Notes: a model not told the origin generated them from the sequence alone. Positions 46,234 through 56,571 are shown, counted from the stretch's first letter. The stretch is DNA of 64,000 bases from Candidatus Hydrogenedentota bacterium (GCA_034669905.1 JAXMOL010000021.1:58315-122314), one strand, 5' to 3'. A program made the numbers and translations.

Positions 46234-48135
46234 CTATCGTTTCGGCGCCTCGGCCAGTTCCAATGCGCGCTCGTATTTCTTCCGGGCATTCTGGTTGTCA
46301 GGCTGGGTGACAAGTATTTCGCCAAAGTATTCTGCGGCGGCCTCATAGGCTTCATTGCGGGCACAGAGGCCCCCCATATTGTGCAAGATAACCGGCGCAC
46401 GGTGTCCAAACGATACCGCCGCTTCCACATGGGACAATGCCGCTTCCGTTTCGCCGAGGGCGAAGGCCATTCGGGCTGCCGCGCTGGCCAGGTCGTATTG
46501 GATCAAGGAAACCGTGTAGTCGGTGACGGGGGTGGTGGGTAGCGCATTTTGCCACGTCAGCTTGTCGAGGGGCGTGGGCTGCGGCGTTTCCTTTGGGCGC
46601 AGGGCCTGCAGTAGTAGTCCTGCGGGGACCAGACGGGCATCCAATCCCCGGGTGGCCTCCTGGGGATGGAGGAAGACCGGGCGGTCGGTGTTGTTCAGCA
46701 CCCAGTTCAGGATTTCTCCGTCGTGGCGTCGTTTTGGAAAGCGTCCCCAGGAGTCTTCCCCGGATTCGAGCAAACCCGGAAGTGCCGTGAGATCTAGGTA
46801 GCCGTATTTTCGCAGCAAGGTCACGTCGGGGCGCAGCCCTTCCACGGCCTGAAGGTAGAGAAGTGGAAAGGTCTGGTGGTCCGCTACGGGAACATAGACG
46901 GCGTTTTCCGGGAGTGAGGATAGAACGTTGCGCCCGTAATCTTCGGCGTAAGTGTAGTTATTTTTGCGCACGGAATCGTGAAGCACCAGGGAGGAAATCA
47001 GCAGGGCGACGGCCATCCCCATAACGAAGCCACGGAGGTTGCGATGTCCTTCTCCGAGCCAGGCCAGGGTGCATGTAATGCCGATGGCGGTGATGACTTC
47101 AGCGGGCAGCAGGAATACCCGCATGACCCACTGCCACTCCCGGTTCTGTTCAAAATTCTGCATGTACACCGCCGCGAGCGTCGTGCCGAGGACCATGGCC
47201 GTGAGGGCCAGGGCCAGACCGAGCCGTCGCCTGCCAAGCAGTAACAGCCCAAGTGCCCCCGCCAGGGCACCCAGTCCCGCGAAGTCGCGGAACCAGAAGG
47301 TGAGCATGGTGATACATTGTCCGGTGAAGCGGGCGATGCTCCGGGGGTACTGGTCGACCATAAAGCCATACTGGGCCCGGCGGACGACGTCCCACCACCG
47401 TTGCAAGGTCTCGGGGTCGCCCCAGTCGATTGCGGGGTCTCGCAGGGAGGCCAGGGGCAGGTAGCCGTAAACCCCCATACCAAGTACCAACAAGGTGCCG
47501 GCTTTCAGGTAAAAACGGGGCGTGCGTCGGAGCGCTGGTGGTAGTTGCCAAAAGACCAAAGCACCGTAAATGGGCAGCAGGAGGACCAGGGTGCTGTGGA
47601 CGCCGGTGCTGATGCCGATCAAGAGGACGGTGAGATAGACCGGGGCTGTTTTTGCGTCATCGACGGTGAGGAGACAACGATAAAGTAACAGGGTCATGAA
47701 GAAGGTGGACAGGGTATAGACTTCGGCGATAAGGGCATGTTCCCAGAAGACCTTCGAGGTGGCGAGACAGAGGGCCCCGAGTACGGCCGCGCCACGACGT
47801 TGGGTCAGTCTGATACCGATGAGGGTCAGCAGGGAGATGGTGCCTGCACCACACGCCGCGGAAAAGAGGTTGATGCGCCATGCGGCAGTGCCCAGCGGGA
47901 TCCAGCTGAAGAGATGGGCGAGAAAGGTCCAGACGGGGTAGCCGGGAGGATGGGGGACGCCGAGGGTGGCCGCCGCTCCGATGAGTTCACCGCTGTCTTC
48001 GCCCGTAACGGTGGGCGCGAGGGTGGCGAGATAGAGAATGAGGGCCGCGCAGCCGGTGGCCAGTGCGATGCGACGATCGGCCCCCGTTGCAGCCGTCATA
48101 GGCCCACGGTGGGGTTCAGATTTTGTTTTCCTCAC
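46234..48135 (-). CDS. DUF2723 / TMEM260-like GT-C membrane protein with a C-terminal TPR
   Basis: YLATLAPTVTGEDSGEL...LGVPHPPGYP, AEVY, YLPL...IDWGDP, YLQAVEGLRPDV. Start may be 48099. Confidence 0.88.
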   Translation of the reverse strand: MRKTKSEPHRGPMTAATGADRRIALATGCAALILYLATLAPTVTGEDSGELIGAAATLGVPHPPGYPVWTFLAHLFSWIPLGTAAWRINLFSAACGAGTISLLTLIGIRLTQRRGAAVLGALCLATSKVFWEHALIAEVYTLSTFFMTLLLYRCLLTVDDAKTAPVYLTVLLIGISTGVHSTLVLLLPIYGALVFWQLPPALRRTPRFYLKAGTLLVLGMGVYGYLPLASLRDPAIDWGDPETLQRWWDVVRRAQYGFMVDQYPRSIARFTGQCITMLTFWFRDFAGLGALAGALGLLLLGRRRLGLALALTAMVLGTTLAAVYMQNFEQNREWQWVMRVFLLPAEVITAIGITCTLAWLGEGHRNLRGFVMGMAVALLISSLVLHDSVRKNNYTYAEDYGRNVLSSLPENAVYVPVADHQTFPLLYLQAVEGLRPDVTLLRKYGYLDLTALPGLLESGEDSWGRFPKRRHDGEILNWVLNNTDRPVFLHPQEATRGLDARLVPAGLLLQALRPKETPQPTPLDKLTWQNALPTTPVTDYTVSLIQYDLASAAARMAFALGETEAALSHVEAAVSFGHRAPVILHNMGGLCARNEAYEAAAEYFGEILVTQPDNQNARKKYERALELAEAPKR

Positions 48136-48709
48136 CCTGGATAATCCGTTTCACGTTGCTGCGGTGTTTGATGATAACGAGGGCGGAAACGAGCACCGCC
48201 ACGACCTGCACGATGGGGGTCAGGGGAAAAAACCAGACGCTGATGGTCAGCGCAATGGCACCGCCGATGGAGCCTACGCTGACCATACGGGTCAGGGATA
48301 CCAATACGACAAAGGTTCCGATGGCAATGAGCGCGGGCCACGTGGCCACACCGAGAAATACACCGGCACTGGTGGCCACGCCCTTACCGCCTTTGAATCG
48401 TAAGAAGAAGGAGAAGGAATGGCCGAGTACGGCGGCCACACCACAGGCGAGGGGCAAGTGGAGGTCTTCGGGGGAAAGGCGGGCAAAAAGCACCACGGGC
48501 ACGACACCCTTCAGGATGTCAAAAAACAGCGCGGTGGCGCCCAACGGCTTGCCGAGTACCCGCATGGTGTTGGTCGCACCGATGTTCTTGCTGCCCTCGT
48601 TGCGAATATCGACCCCGCGCAGCCACAATCCGAGCCACAATCCGGACGGTATCGCGCCCAGGATGTAGCTCAACAGCAGGGCGAGGCCTGTCATGAGCGA
48701 GAGGCTCAT
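48116..48709 (-). CDS. plsY: Glycerol-3-phosphate acyltransferase PlsY
   Basis: GVDIRNEGSKNIGATN, DILKG, GHSFS, FKGGKGVAT, KHRSNVKR. Confidence 0.95.
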   Translation of the reverse strand: MSLSLMTGLALLLSYILGAIPSGLWLGLWLRGVDIRNEGSKNIGATNTMRVLGKPLGATALFFDILKGVVPVVLFARLSPEDLHLPLACGVAAVLGHSFSFFLRFKGGKGVATSAGVFLGVATWPALIAIGTFVVLVSLTRMVSVGSIGGAIALTISVWFFPLTPIVQVVAVLVSALVIIKHRSNVKRIIQGEENKI

Positions 48710-50058
48710 TCGCGCGGTTTTCCTTCCCGTAACTCGATGTGGATAGGCACCCCTTCGAAGCCGTATTTTTCGCGCAGCTGGTTTTCCAGGAAGCGCATAT
48801 AGCTGAAGTGGAAGAGGCGCTTCTGGTTGACGAAGAGCACGAAGGTGGTGGGCTTGATACCCGCCTGGGTCGCGTATAGAATTTTTGCGAATTTGCCTTT
48901 TTGTGACGGGGGCTTGTGACGAATTTTTACCTCGTCGATAAAGCGATTGAGGTCGGCCGTGGGGATGCGCTTCCGGGTCTGCTCATGGACACGATCGATG
49001 TATTCGAAGACGGAAAAGAGGCGCTGGCGACTGACATTCGAAATCGTGAGATAGGGCACAAAGTGGATTTGCGCCATCTTGAGATTCAATTCGCTGTCGA
49101 TGGCCTTAAAGCGGCGGGCTTTGTCTTCTATCAGGTCCCACTTGGTCCAGACGAGAACCATGGCAGTGCCGTTTTCCCGTGCATAGCCGATGATACGCTT
49201 GTCCTGCTCCGACATGCCTTCGGTCGCGTCAATCATCACCAGGCAGACATCGGCCCGGCGCACGGCACGGAGCGAGCGGCTTACGCTGTAGTGCTCCACC
49301 TTTTGCTTGATGCCGGCTTTCTTGCGCAGGCCCGCGGTATCAATGAGGATGTACTCTTTGTCATTCCAGGTAAAGTCGATGTCGATGGCGTCGCGGGTGG
49401 TGCCGGGCTGGTCGTCGACAATGGTCCGGTCTTCGTTGACCAAGGCGTTGATGAAGGAGGACTTGCCGACGTTGGGCTTGCCCACGATGGCCACGCGGAT
49501 GCGATTGTCCTCTGGCTCTTCTTCCTCGTCCGGCACTTCGCCCAGCTCGGGCAGGTGTTTGACGATGGCATCACGCAGGGGATCAATACCCAGGCCGTGT
49601 CCCGAGGAAATGGGGAAGGGGTCGCCGAGGCCGAGCTCGTAAAACTCATACTGATTGGCTTCGGTGATCGCGTCGTTGTCGAGCTTATTGACGGCAAGCA
49701 GCACGGGTTTGCTGTACTTGAAAAGGCGGTCCCGCACTTCCCGGTCAACCCGGGTGATGGCCTGCTGCCCATCGACGACAAAGATAATGACCCGGGCTTC
49801 ATTCAGCGCGGCATCGACCTGGGCCTGCATCTGTTGCGATATGTTGTCGTCGGGGTGCTCAATGATGCCCCCCGTATCGACCAGGCGAAAGCGGTGCTTT
49901 TCCCAGCGCCCTTCGCCAAAAAAGCGGTCGCGGGTGATGCCTTCTTCGTCATGGACGATGGCGCGGGACTTACCCGTTAGACGATTGAAGAGGGTGGACT
50001 TGCCAACATTGGGCCGTCCACAAATCGCCACCAGGGGCAGTTTCTTAGTTTTTGCCAT
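48706..50058 (-). CDS. der: Ribosome biogenesis GTPase Der (EngA)
   Basis: Two GTPase domains (GRPNVGKS/DTGG/NKLD; GKPNVGKS/DTAG/TKWD) and a KH-like C-terminus. Confidence 0.97.
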   Translation of the reverse strand: MAKTKKLPLVAICGRPNVGKSTLFNRLTGKSRAIVHDEEGITRDRFFGEGRWEKHRFRLVDTGGIIEHPDDNISQQMQAQVDAALNEARVIIFVVDGQQAITRVDREVRDRLFKYSKPVLLAVNKLDNDAITEANQYEFYELGLGDPFPISSGHGLGIDPLRDAIVKHLPELGEVPDEEEEPEDNRIRVAIVGKPNVGKSSFINALVNEDRTIVDDQPGTTRDAIDIDFTWNDKEYILIDTAGLRKKAGIKQKVEHYSVSRSLRAVRRADVCLVMIDATEGMSEQDKRIIGYARENGTAMVLVWTKWDLIEDKARRFKAIDSELNLKMAQIHFVPYLTISNVSRQRLFSVFEYIDRVHEQTRKRIPTADLNRFIDEVKIRHKPPSQKGKFAKILYATQAGIKPTTFVLFVNQKRLFHFSYMRFLENQLREKYGFEGVPIHIELREGKPRE

Positions 50059-50611
50059 GCAATTGTGCCTTCAGCATCCGAAGTTGATGGACGCCATCGT
50101 AAATGTACTCTCCGAGCGAGCCCAGCACGAACAGGGTGGCCAATACGACCATCCAGGGGAGGATGGGGAGCGCCAGGAGCGCTACCAGCAGGGTGCCGTT
50201 GAGTACGAATGTGGTTAATTTTCCGAGTATGCGAACCTTGATAATGACCGGGCCGACGAAGGCATTGAGGAGCAGGGCTCCTACAACGACGATCGCATCC
50301 CGCAACACAATGAGCACAGGTAGCCACAGGGGGATACCGGGATCAAAGTGGGGGTTGGCTGCCAGAAATACGAATCCGAGATTAATGAGCAGTTTATCTG
50401 CCAGGGGATCGAGGCGTTTACCGAAGCGACTGCGCTGATTGAATCGACGAGCAATCCAGCCATCCAACACATCGGTGCTGGCCGCTATGAGGTAGAGCGC
50501 CAGTGCCACATGACGAAATTCGGGATATGCTGCGCTGTATCCGTGCACCAAGGCACAGAACAACGGAATCATTCCTACCCGAATCAGCGTAATCTTATTG
50601 GCTACGGTCAC
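50045..50611 (-). CDS. pgsA: CDP-alcohol phosphatidyltransferase (PgsA-like)
   Basis: ANKITLIR, TDVLDGWIARRFNQRSRFGKRLDPLADK. Confidence 0.8.
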   Translation of the reverse strand: MTVANKITLIRVGMIPLFCALVHGYSAAYPEFRHVALALYLIAASTDVLDGWIARRFNQRSRFGKRLDPLADKLLINLGFVFLAANPHFDPGIPLWLPVLIVLRDAIVVVGALLLNAFVGPVIIKVRILGKLTTFVLNGTLLVALLALPILPWMVVLATLFVLGSLGEYIYDGVHQLRMLKAQLHGKN

Positions 50612-50695
50612 AGTACAGGCGTGAAGGCCCTCTCCCCGGAATTATTCCGGATTTATCGCCTATAATACGCCTTTTCCACTGATTGCTTCAACCGC

Positions 50696-51088
50696 TCAGC
50701 TCACATTTTCCACATTCTCTGCCGGAAGGTGGCGTCGAATCTGGGCCAGTAACTCGCCCGGGAGGAAGGGCTTCGTAATCAATTCTACGGCACCGGCCTT
50801 CAGGCTCTGGGCCCGTGCATCCAGCGTGTGGGCAGACGACAGGCATACCACGGGGATATCCTTGGTCTGGGGATTGGATTTGATCTGGGCACAGACTTCA
50901 TATCCACTCATCATGGGCATCATGATATCAAGCAGGACCAGGTCTGGCTTCTCGGTCATGATGACATCCAACGCGCCTATGCCGTCGAAGGCCTTGACCA
51001 CTTCCATACCATCGGTGCTTAAGGTGCGCTCGATAAGGGACACCACATCCGGCTCATCATCTACTACGAGAACTTTTGGATTGGACAC
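50696..51088 (-). CDS. Single-domain response regulator
   Basis: VLVVDDE, LLDIMMP, LSSA, KPF. Confidence 0.92.
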   Translation of the reverse strand: MSNPKVLVVDDEPDVVSLIERTLSTDGMEVVKAFDGIGALDVIMTEKPDLVLLDIMMPMMSGYEVCAQIKSNPQTKDIPVVCLSSAHTLDARAQSLKAGAVELITKPFLPGELLAQIRRHLPAENVENVS

Positions 51089-51090
51089 GG

Positions 51091-51579
51091 TTATCTCCCA
51101 CGTTTCTGGTTGCGGTTGGAGGCAGTAAACATGCGGTTAATGGAGCCCAGATTGAGATTGGATCGGGGCATACGAATGGGGCGCACAGGGCCTGCCTTCT
51201 TGATGGCGGCCACCTGCAGTTGTGTTCCGTGGTCGAAGAAGCCATCGGGGCTGCCCTGGGTGCGGACGACAACAACCCGAAGGGGTTGGGAGAGGGGGAC
51301 TTGAAACTCTTCATCCCGCATGAGTTGGACCATCAGCCGGGTGCCTTCAGGAAACTCGTCCAGCATGCGCACCCGCAGGCCCCGCGGATTGAGGTCCAGC
51401 ACGACTCCCTCATACTTCTCGTCGGGATAATCGACGAGCCATACGAGGCATGGCCGACATACTTCTGTGCGTACGGCCCCGCGTCGCCCCCGTTGCATGG
51501 AGCGATTATCGGAGGAAATAACCATGCCGCCGTCTTTGTTCCGCTCGTGCTTCCGATATTCTGGTCGTCGTGATTGCAT
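51091..51579 (-). CDS. PilZ domain protein
   Basis: RRGAVR (RxxxR) and DLNPRG (DxSxxG-like). Confidence 0.7.
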   Translation of the reverse strand: MQSRRPEYRKHERNKDGGMVISSDNRSMQRGRRGAVRTEVCRPCLVWLVDYPDEKYEGVVLDLNPRGLRVRMLDEFPEGTRLMVQLMRDEEFQVPLSQPLRVVVVRTQGSPDGFFDHGTQLQVAAIKKAGPVRPIRMPRSNLNLGSINRMFTASNRNQKRGR

Positions 51580-51777
51580 ATAGACTAGCCAACTTCCTTT
51601 CCCGAGCTTTCGGGCCTGTGGAACACAGGTTCTAAACTAAGAATACCGAAATAAACAGAATTTGTCCAGAATCGCCATTCTCGAAACGGCCCGGGTGCCT
51701 TCCTGAGACCGCTAGTATACAAAATCCGGGCGAGCAAGGGGTTAGCTTCATGGCGACTGGCCCGGCGGGGGGGGCAT

Positions 51778-52485
51778 TCAGGCCGTGGAGGGCTTGGTGC
51801 TTCCCATTTTCCGTATGGCCCACAGCACCAGCAGTACATAGAGGATGGAAGCGACAAGCAGGGGGTAGAGCAGGTGGGGGAAGCGTTCCATAAGTCCCTC
51901 TGCGAGATAGGCTTGTAGCCAGCACAAGGGGGCCATTCCCAGTGCCGTGCCCACCAACACCTTCCAAAGGGGGATGTGGGTGAGGCCCGCCGCGTAGGAG
52001 ACCAGATCGGAGGAGGTGATGGGATTGATGCGTAGGAGCAGAATGACCCAAAGGCCTTGGCGTTCGAGGACGGTCTCGAGGGTGCCCAGGCGGGCCCGCA
52101 GCGCGTCCCCGAAAAAGCGGTCGCCGGCAACGCGCATGACCTGGCAGGCGATGGCCGCGCCCAGAACGTTACCAATCAGGGCGAATAGTCCGCCCCAGAA
52201 ACCTCCAAATATGATGCCGCCCGGCGCGTATAGCATCAGGCCGGGTAAGGGCGCCACCACCACTTCCGCGGTCACGAAGAGGATGTAGGCGAGGGGCGCG
52301 AGGGCCCCCCACGCCTCGAAACTGGCCCGCACGGCGTCCATTTTTTCCGCTGCGCTCAAGGTGGAAGAGGCCAGGGCGGCGACCAGGCCCCCGCTGCTCC
52401 AGGAAAGTGCCACGCCGGTACAAAGGGCGATCAAGGCCAACAGGGGGAGTAGGTTTTTTATCGTCTTGGTCGATGGGTGTGCCAT
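51778..52485 (-). CDS. TVP38/TMEM64 (VTT/DedA) family membrane protein
   Basis: VVVAPLPG, GGIIFG.FWG, LLRINP...DLVSYAAGL, GTALGMAP. Confidence 0.9.
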   Translation of the reverse strand: MAHPSTKTIKNLLPLLALIALCTGVALSWSSGGLVAALASSTLSAAEKMDAVRASFEAWGALAPLAYILFVTAEVVVAPLPGLMLYAPGGIIFGGFWGGLFALIGNVLGAAIACQVMRVAGDRFFGDALRARLGTLETVLERQGLWVILLLRINPITSSDLVSYAAGLTHIPLWKVLVGTALGMAPLCWLQAYLAEGLMERFPHLLYPLLVASILYVLLVLWAIRKMGSTKPSTA

Positions 52486-52610
52486 AAATACGTTACTCGT
52501 CAGGGGGGCAGGGGCACGTGGAGGCAAGGCTCGGTGCCGTGTAATAAAGGACAGGGGCAGGATAGCGGATTATGGGGTATTCCCACTGAGATGGGTGCCT
52601 TGGTACGGGA

Positions 52611-53072
52611 TCACGGGATATAGGCGGCCAACTCCAGTACGACCCCATCGGGATCCCGAAAATAGCAGAGCGACTTTTGCCCGTCGTCATGGGTCACTAC
52701 CCCGGCGGGTACGGTGACCGGTGGCCCCACAAAGGGGACGCCCGCCCCTTCGAGACGACGGTACATGCCCTCCATATCATCCACCTGAAATGCGATGTGG
52801 CGGAGGCCCTGGGTGTTGGGCCGTGCGTTGTCCGGGAGCGCCGCCCCCTCGGGCTGATGGTACTGGATGAGCTCGATGCGCGGACCACCTCCTTCGGGTT
52901 GCACATAGACCACATCGGCGCTCACATCGCGGAGGCCTACGATGGCCTCGATCCAGGAGCCCGTCAGGTGTGCACGACGTGTTTCCCGTAGTCCCAGCAG
53001 GTCTGTATAGAAATGTACGGAGCGCTCCAGATCGCTCACGACGATATTGATATGATCAACATGCTTAACCAT
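52611..53072 (-). CDS. VOC/glyoxalase family protein
   Basis: VDHINIVVSDLERSVHFY, IELIQY, RHIAFQVDD, YFRDPDGVVLEL. Confidence 0.92.
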   Translation of the reverse strand: MVKHVDHINIVVSDLERSVHFYTDLLGLRETRRAHLTGSWIEAIVGLRDVSADVVYVQPEGGGPRIELIQYHQPEGAALPDNARPNTQGLRHIAFQVDDMEGMYRRLEGAGVPFVGPPVTVPAGVVTHDDGQKSLCYFRDPDGVVLELAAYIP

Positions 53073-53193
53073 TGCATTCCTTTGAAATCACATGGTACAA
53101 TTGCTGTGCGTAGATTTGATTGAATGATCGGTCTTCCCCGAGTGAAAACGCAGTTTACGCTATGCCAACAGATGTAGTCCAACTGCCTAAATG

Positions 53194-53249
53194 TTGGACG
53201 GTATAGTCTTCCGTGTTAGAATAAGGCCCACACGATAAGTAAGCTTGCT
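53194..53249 (+). promoter_or_regulatory. Promoter of the DtxR-feo operon with a putative operator palindrome
   Basis: TTGGAC-17-TAGAAT (extended TG); near-palindrome AGTAAGCTTGCT at 53238-53249. Confidence 0.45.
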
Positions 53250-53269
53250 ATACACGGAGCCCCATTCTC

Positions 53270-53827
53270 ATGTCAAAAGAAATGAACGATGCCAGTCACT
53301 GGCGCGAGTTTGAAAAGAACCCGCTTTCCCATTCGATGGCCCACTACCTGATGGCCATCGACAGTCTGCGGACGGAATTTGGTTATGCCCGTGCGACGGA
53401 CGTGGCGGAGACCCTGGAAGTGTCTCGCGGCGCCGCCAGTATGGCGCTCGCACAGTTGAAGAAACGGGGCTGGGTCGGCGAAGATCACAACCGCTTCCTG
53501 TTGTTGACCGATGAGGGAGAGCGTATCGCCAATCTGGTGGAGCATAACTACGTCATTCTCTCCAAGTTTTTTGAGGTGGTGCTGGGGGTGGAAAAAGATA
53601 TTGCTTTGGGTGATGCCTGCAAGATGGAGCACCTGATGAGCATGGAGACGGGCCAACGTCTTCTGTGGTTGATGAAGTATTTGTTGAGCGATGAAAAGCC
53701 GGCTATCAAGGTACGGCAATGCATGGAGGAATACAACGGTAGTTGTGGGCCCCATGGAAAAGATGATTGTCCCGTTTGTGGAAGCAGCGGGGAGTGTCTG
53801 GTCGAGCCAGATGCTTCTCAAACCTGA
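53270..53827 (+). CDS. DtxR/MntR family metal-dependent repressor with a Cys-rich tail
   Basis: SMAHYLMAI, ARATDVAETLEVSRGAAS, LTDEG, DACKMEH. Confidence 0.9.
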   Translation: MSKEMNDASHWREFEKNPLSHSMAHYLMAIDSLRTEFGYARATDVAETLEVSRGAASMALAQLKKRGWVGEDHNRFLLLTDEGERIANLVEHNYVILSKFFEVVLGVEKDIALGDACKMEHLMSMETGQRLLWLMKYLLSDEKPAIKVRQCMEEYNGSCGPHGKDDCPVCGSSGECLVEPDASQT

Positions 53828-53843
53828 TAGAGAAGTGAGCACT

Positions 53844-54068
53844 ATGCGTACGCTGGATCAGTTGAAGCCAAAAGAGTCGGGTACCATTGTAACCCTTCAC
53901 GGGGTCGGTGACACGCAGCAGCGTTTGTTGGAGATGGGGGTGAGTGATGGTGCTGAAATTGAGGTGCTGCGCTTTGCTCCGCTGGGTGACCCCATGGAAG
54001 TCTTTGTGCGCGGATTTCACCTTACTCTTCGCAAATCCGAAGCGGCAATGGTCGAACTCGAAGGCTGA
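53844..54068 (+). CDS. feoA: Ferrous iron transport protein A
   Basis: RLLEMGV..G..IEVLRFAPLGDPMEV.VRGFHLTLRKSEA. Confidence 0.95.
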   Translation: MRTLDQLKPKESGTIVTLHGVGDTQQRLLEMGVSDGAEIEVLRFAPLGDPMEVFVRGFHLTLRKSEAAMVELEG

Positions 54069-54070
54069 AA

Positions 54071-56269
54071 ATGCAAACCACCCTGGCCCTCGTGGGCAAT
54101 CCCAATGTGGGCAAGACGGCTGTATTTAATGCCCTGACGGGGCTATCTGCGACGACAGGCAACTATGCCGGGGTGACGGTCTCCCGGACCCATGGCATTG
54201 TCCATTTGGGCGAAGTGAAAATCGACCTCGCCGATTTGCCCGGTACCTACAGCCTGGCGGCCCGCTCACCCGATGAGGTCATTGTCGCCGACGTACTCAT
54301 GGATCAGCGTCCCGACGAAGTGCCTATTTCCGGTATCATCGTCGTGGTGGATGCCTCCAATCTGGAGCGCAATCTCTATTTCCTTTCCCAGCTCGTAGAG
54401 CTGGAAAAGCCATTTATTGTCGCGCTTAATATGATGGATATTGCCGATCGGCGCGGTATTGAAATCAATCACGAAGCCCTGTCTGAGGCGCTTGGTGCTC
54501 CCGTCGTTCCCGTCTGCGCCCACAAGCGCCAGGGATTTGATGCCCTTCGTAAAGCCATCTTGGCCCTGCACCAGGGCGATCTGGAGGCGCCCCGTTCGGT
54601 GGCCTGCGACTTTCCCGCGAGCCAGACGGCAGCTGTCGATGAACTGGAACGGCTCCTGGACGCCCAGAGCGACAAGGTGGGCCGAAAAATCCCCCGTCCG
54701 GAAGTGAGCCGCATTCTCATCGATGTGGGGGGCTACGCGGAGAAGCGGGTTCTCGGTCGGCTGGGCGAAGATTTCGGCGAAGCCCTCGTACGGTGCCGTA
54801 CCGCGGCCGTGGAAAATGGCCTGACCCTGCCCGCGCAAGAGGCGAAGGCCCGTTATAATTGGGTAAAGCAGGTGCTTTCGGAGTCGGTAACCCGACCTGA
54901 TCCCCGCCGCCGTAGTCGTTCCGAGCGTATCGACAACGTCTTAACCCACAAGTTGTTTGGAACCATCTTTTTCATCGCCATCATGCTGGTGGTGTTCCAA
55001 TCCATATATTCCTGGGCCGGGCCGGTCATGGACCTGGTGGACGGCGGCATTGGAAGGGTTGGCGAACTCATCGGTTCCTTTTTGCCCGACGGGGTATTGC
55101 AGAGCCTCGTGGTCGATGGTATTGTCGCGGGGGTGGGCAGTGTCTTAATCTTTCTCCCTCAAATCCTGCTGCTCAGTCTCTTTATTTCGATTCTCGAAGA
55201 TTGTGGCTACATGGCCCGTGCCGCCTTTCTGATGGATAAACTCTTAGGCTGGTGCGGATTGAGCGGCCAGTCGTTTATTCCCATGCTTTCGAGTTTCGCC
55301 TGCGCGATTCCGGGCGTAATGGCGGCCCGGACTATCTATGACCGCCGCGACAGGTTCACCACCATTCTGGTCGCGCCGCTCATGAGTTGCTCGGCCCGCT
55401 TGCCGGTCTACATCATTATGATTGGGGCCTTCATTCCCGAAACCAAGGTGCTGGGGGGCTTCCTCACCTTGCCGGCCGTTGTGCTTCTGTTGATGTATAG
55501 TCTGGGGGTCGCCGTCGCGGTGCCCGTCGCCTGGATTCTCAAGAAGACCATTTTCCGCGGAGAGAAACCGCCCCTCATCCTGGAGATGCCCTCCTACAAG
55601 ATGCCCCAGGGGAAAACGGTATTTCGCAAAGTTTACCGCGAAGGCAAGGATTTCGTCAGTCGTGCGGGCACGCTCATCTTCGCCGTCACCGTGGTGGTAT
55701 GGGCCCTGGCCTACTTTCCGCGCTCCGGGGAAATTGCGGACTCCTTCGAAGCACAACGGGCGGAAGTGGTCCAGTCGGGCTTGTCCGAAGAGGCCCTTGA
55801 AACGCAGTTGCAGCAGCTGGACAACCTGGAACAGGGCGAGTATTTGCGTAATAGCGTCCTTGGGCGGATGGGCCACGTGATTGAGCCGGTTTTCCGTCCC
55901 ATGGGCTGGGATTGGCGCATTGCCACGGCGACGATCGCCAGTTTCCCCGCCCGTGAAATTATTGTGGCGACGTTGGGCACCTTGTTTAATATGGGTGCTG
56001 ATGAGGACGAGGAGTCCGAAGGTCTGGTGGCGACCTTGCGTGGTGCTACATGGCCCGACGGGCGGCCCCTCTTCAACATACCGGTGGCCCTTTCCATCAT
56101 GGTGTTCTTTGCGCTCTGTGCCCAGTGTGGTGCCACGCTGGTCACGATCAAGCGGGAAACGGGACAATGGCGCTGGCCTGCCCTCGCCTTCGGGTATATG
56201 ACCTTTCTTGCCTATGTCGGAGCCATCGTAACCTACCAGGTGGCAGCGTTCATCTTGCCAGGAGCGTGA
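54071..56269 (+). CDS. feoB: Ferrous iron transport protein B
   Basis: GNPNVGKT, GNYAGVTV, DLPGTYSL, NMMD, LEDCGYMARAA, MSCSARLP. Confidence 0.97.
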   Translation: MQTTLALVGNPNVGKTAVFNALTGLSATTGNYAGVTVSRTHGIVHLGEVKIDLADLPGTYSLAARSPDEVIVADVLMDQRPDEVPISGIIVVVDASNLERNLYFLSQLVELEKPFIVALNMMDIADRRGIEINHEALSEALGAPVVPVCAHKRQGFDALRKAILALHQGDLEAPRSVACDFPASQTAAVDELERLLDAQSDKVGRKIPRPEVSRILIDVGGYAEKRVLGRLGEDFGEALVRCRTAAVENGLTLPAQEAKARYNWVKQVLSESVTRPDPRRRSRSERIDNVLTHKLFGTIFFIAIMLVVFQSIYSWAGPVMDLVDGGIGRVGELIGSFLPDGVLQSLVVDGIVAGVGSVLIFLPQILLLSLFISILEDCGYMARAAFLMDKLLGWCGLSGQSFIPMLSSFACAIPGVMAARTIYDRRDRFTTILVAPLMSCSARLPVYIIMIGAFIPETKVLGGFLTLPAVVLLLMYSLGVAVAVPVAWILKKTIFRGEKPPLILEMPSYKMPQGKTVFRKVYREGKDFVSRAGTLIFAVTVVVWALAYFPRSGEIADSFEAQRAEVVQSGLSEEALETQLQQLDNLEQGEYLRNSVLGRMGHVIEPVFRPMGWDWRIATATIASFPAREIIVATLGTLFNMGADEDEESEGLVATLRGATWPDGRPLFNIPVALSIMVFFALCAQCGATLVTIKRETGQWRWPALAFGYMTFLAYVGAIVTYQVAAFILPGA

Positions 56270-56274
56270 CGTCT

Positions 56275-56433
56275 ATGAGCATTGAGAAAATCATCGTAGC
56301 GGCCATCGTGCTTTATGCGGTGGTCTACCTGACGCGTTATATCCGTGCTGCAATGCAAGGCAAAAAGACCGGCTGTGGCTGTGGCTCCGATGCGGGATGC
56401 CCCAAGAGCGATTCAACGAAGTCGGAATCATGA
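56275..56433 (+). CDS. FeoB-associated Cys-rich small membrane protein
   Basis: MSIEKIIVAAIVLYAVVYL...KKTGCGCGSDAGCP directly after feoB. Confidence 0.85.
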   Translation: MSIEKIIVAAIVLYAVVYLTRYIRAAMQGKKTGCGCGSDAGCPKSDSTKSES

Positions 56434-56571
56434 CGACCAGATAGCTGGGGTTACCCCCTTCCGGTTCGGCTTGTGTGCCGGGCGTAGGTCCATGGTAGGC
56501 TATGGGCGTGCCCCGTATGCCTTTGCGCGAATGACGGTGCACAGGCCAATCCACCCCTGGAGGTACCCGAA

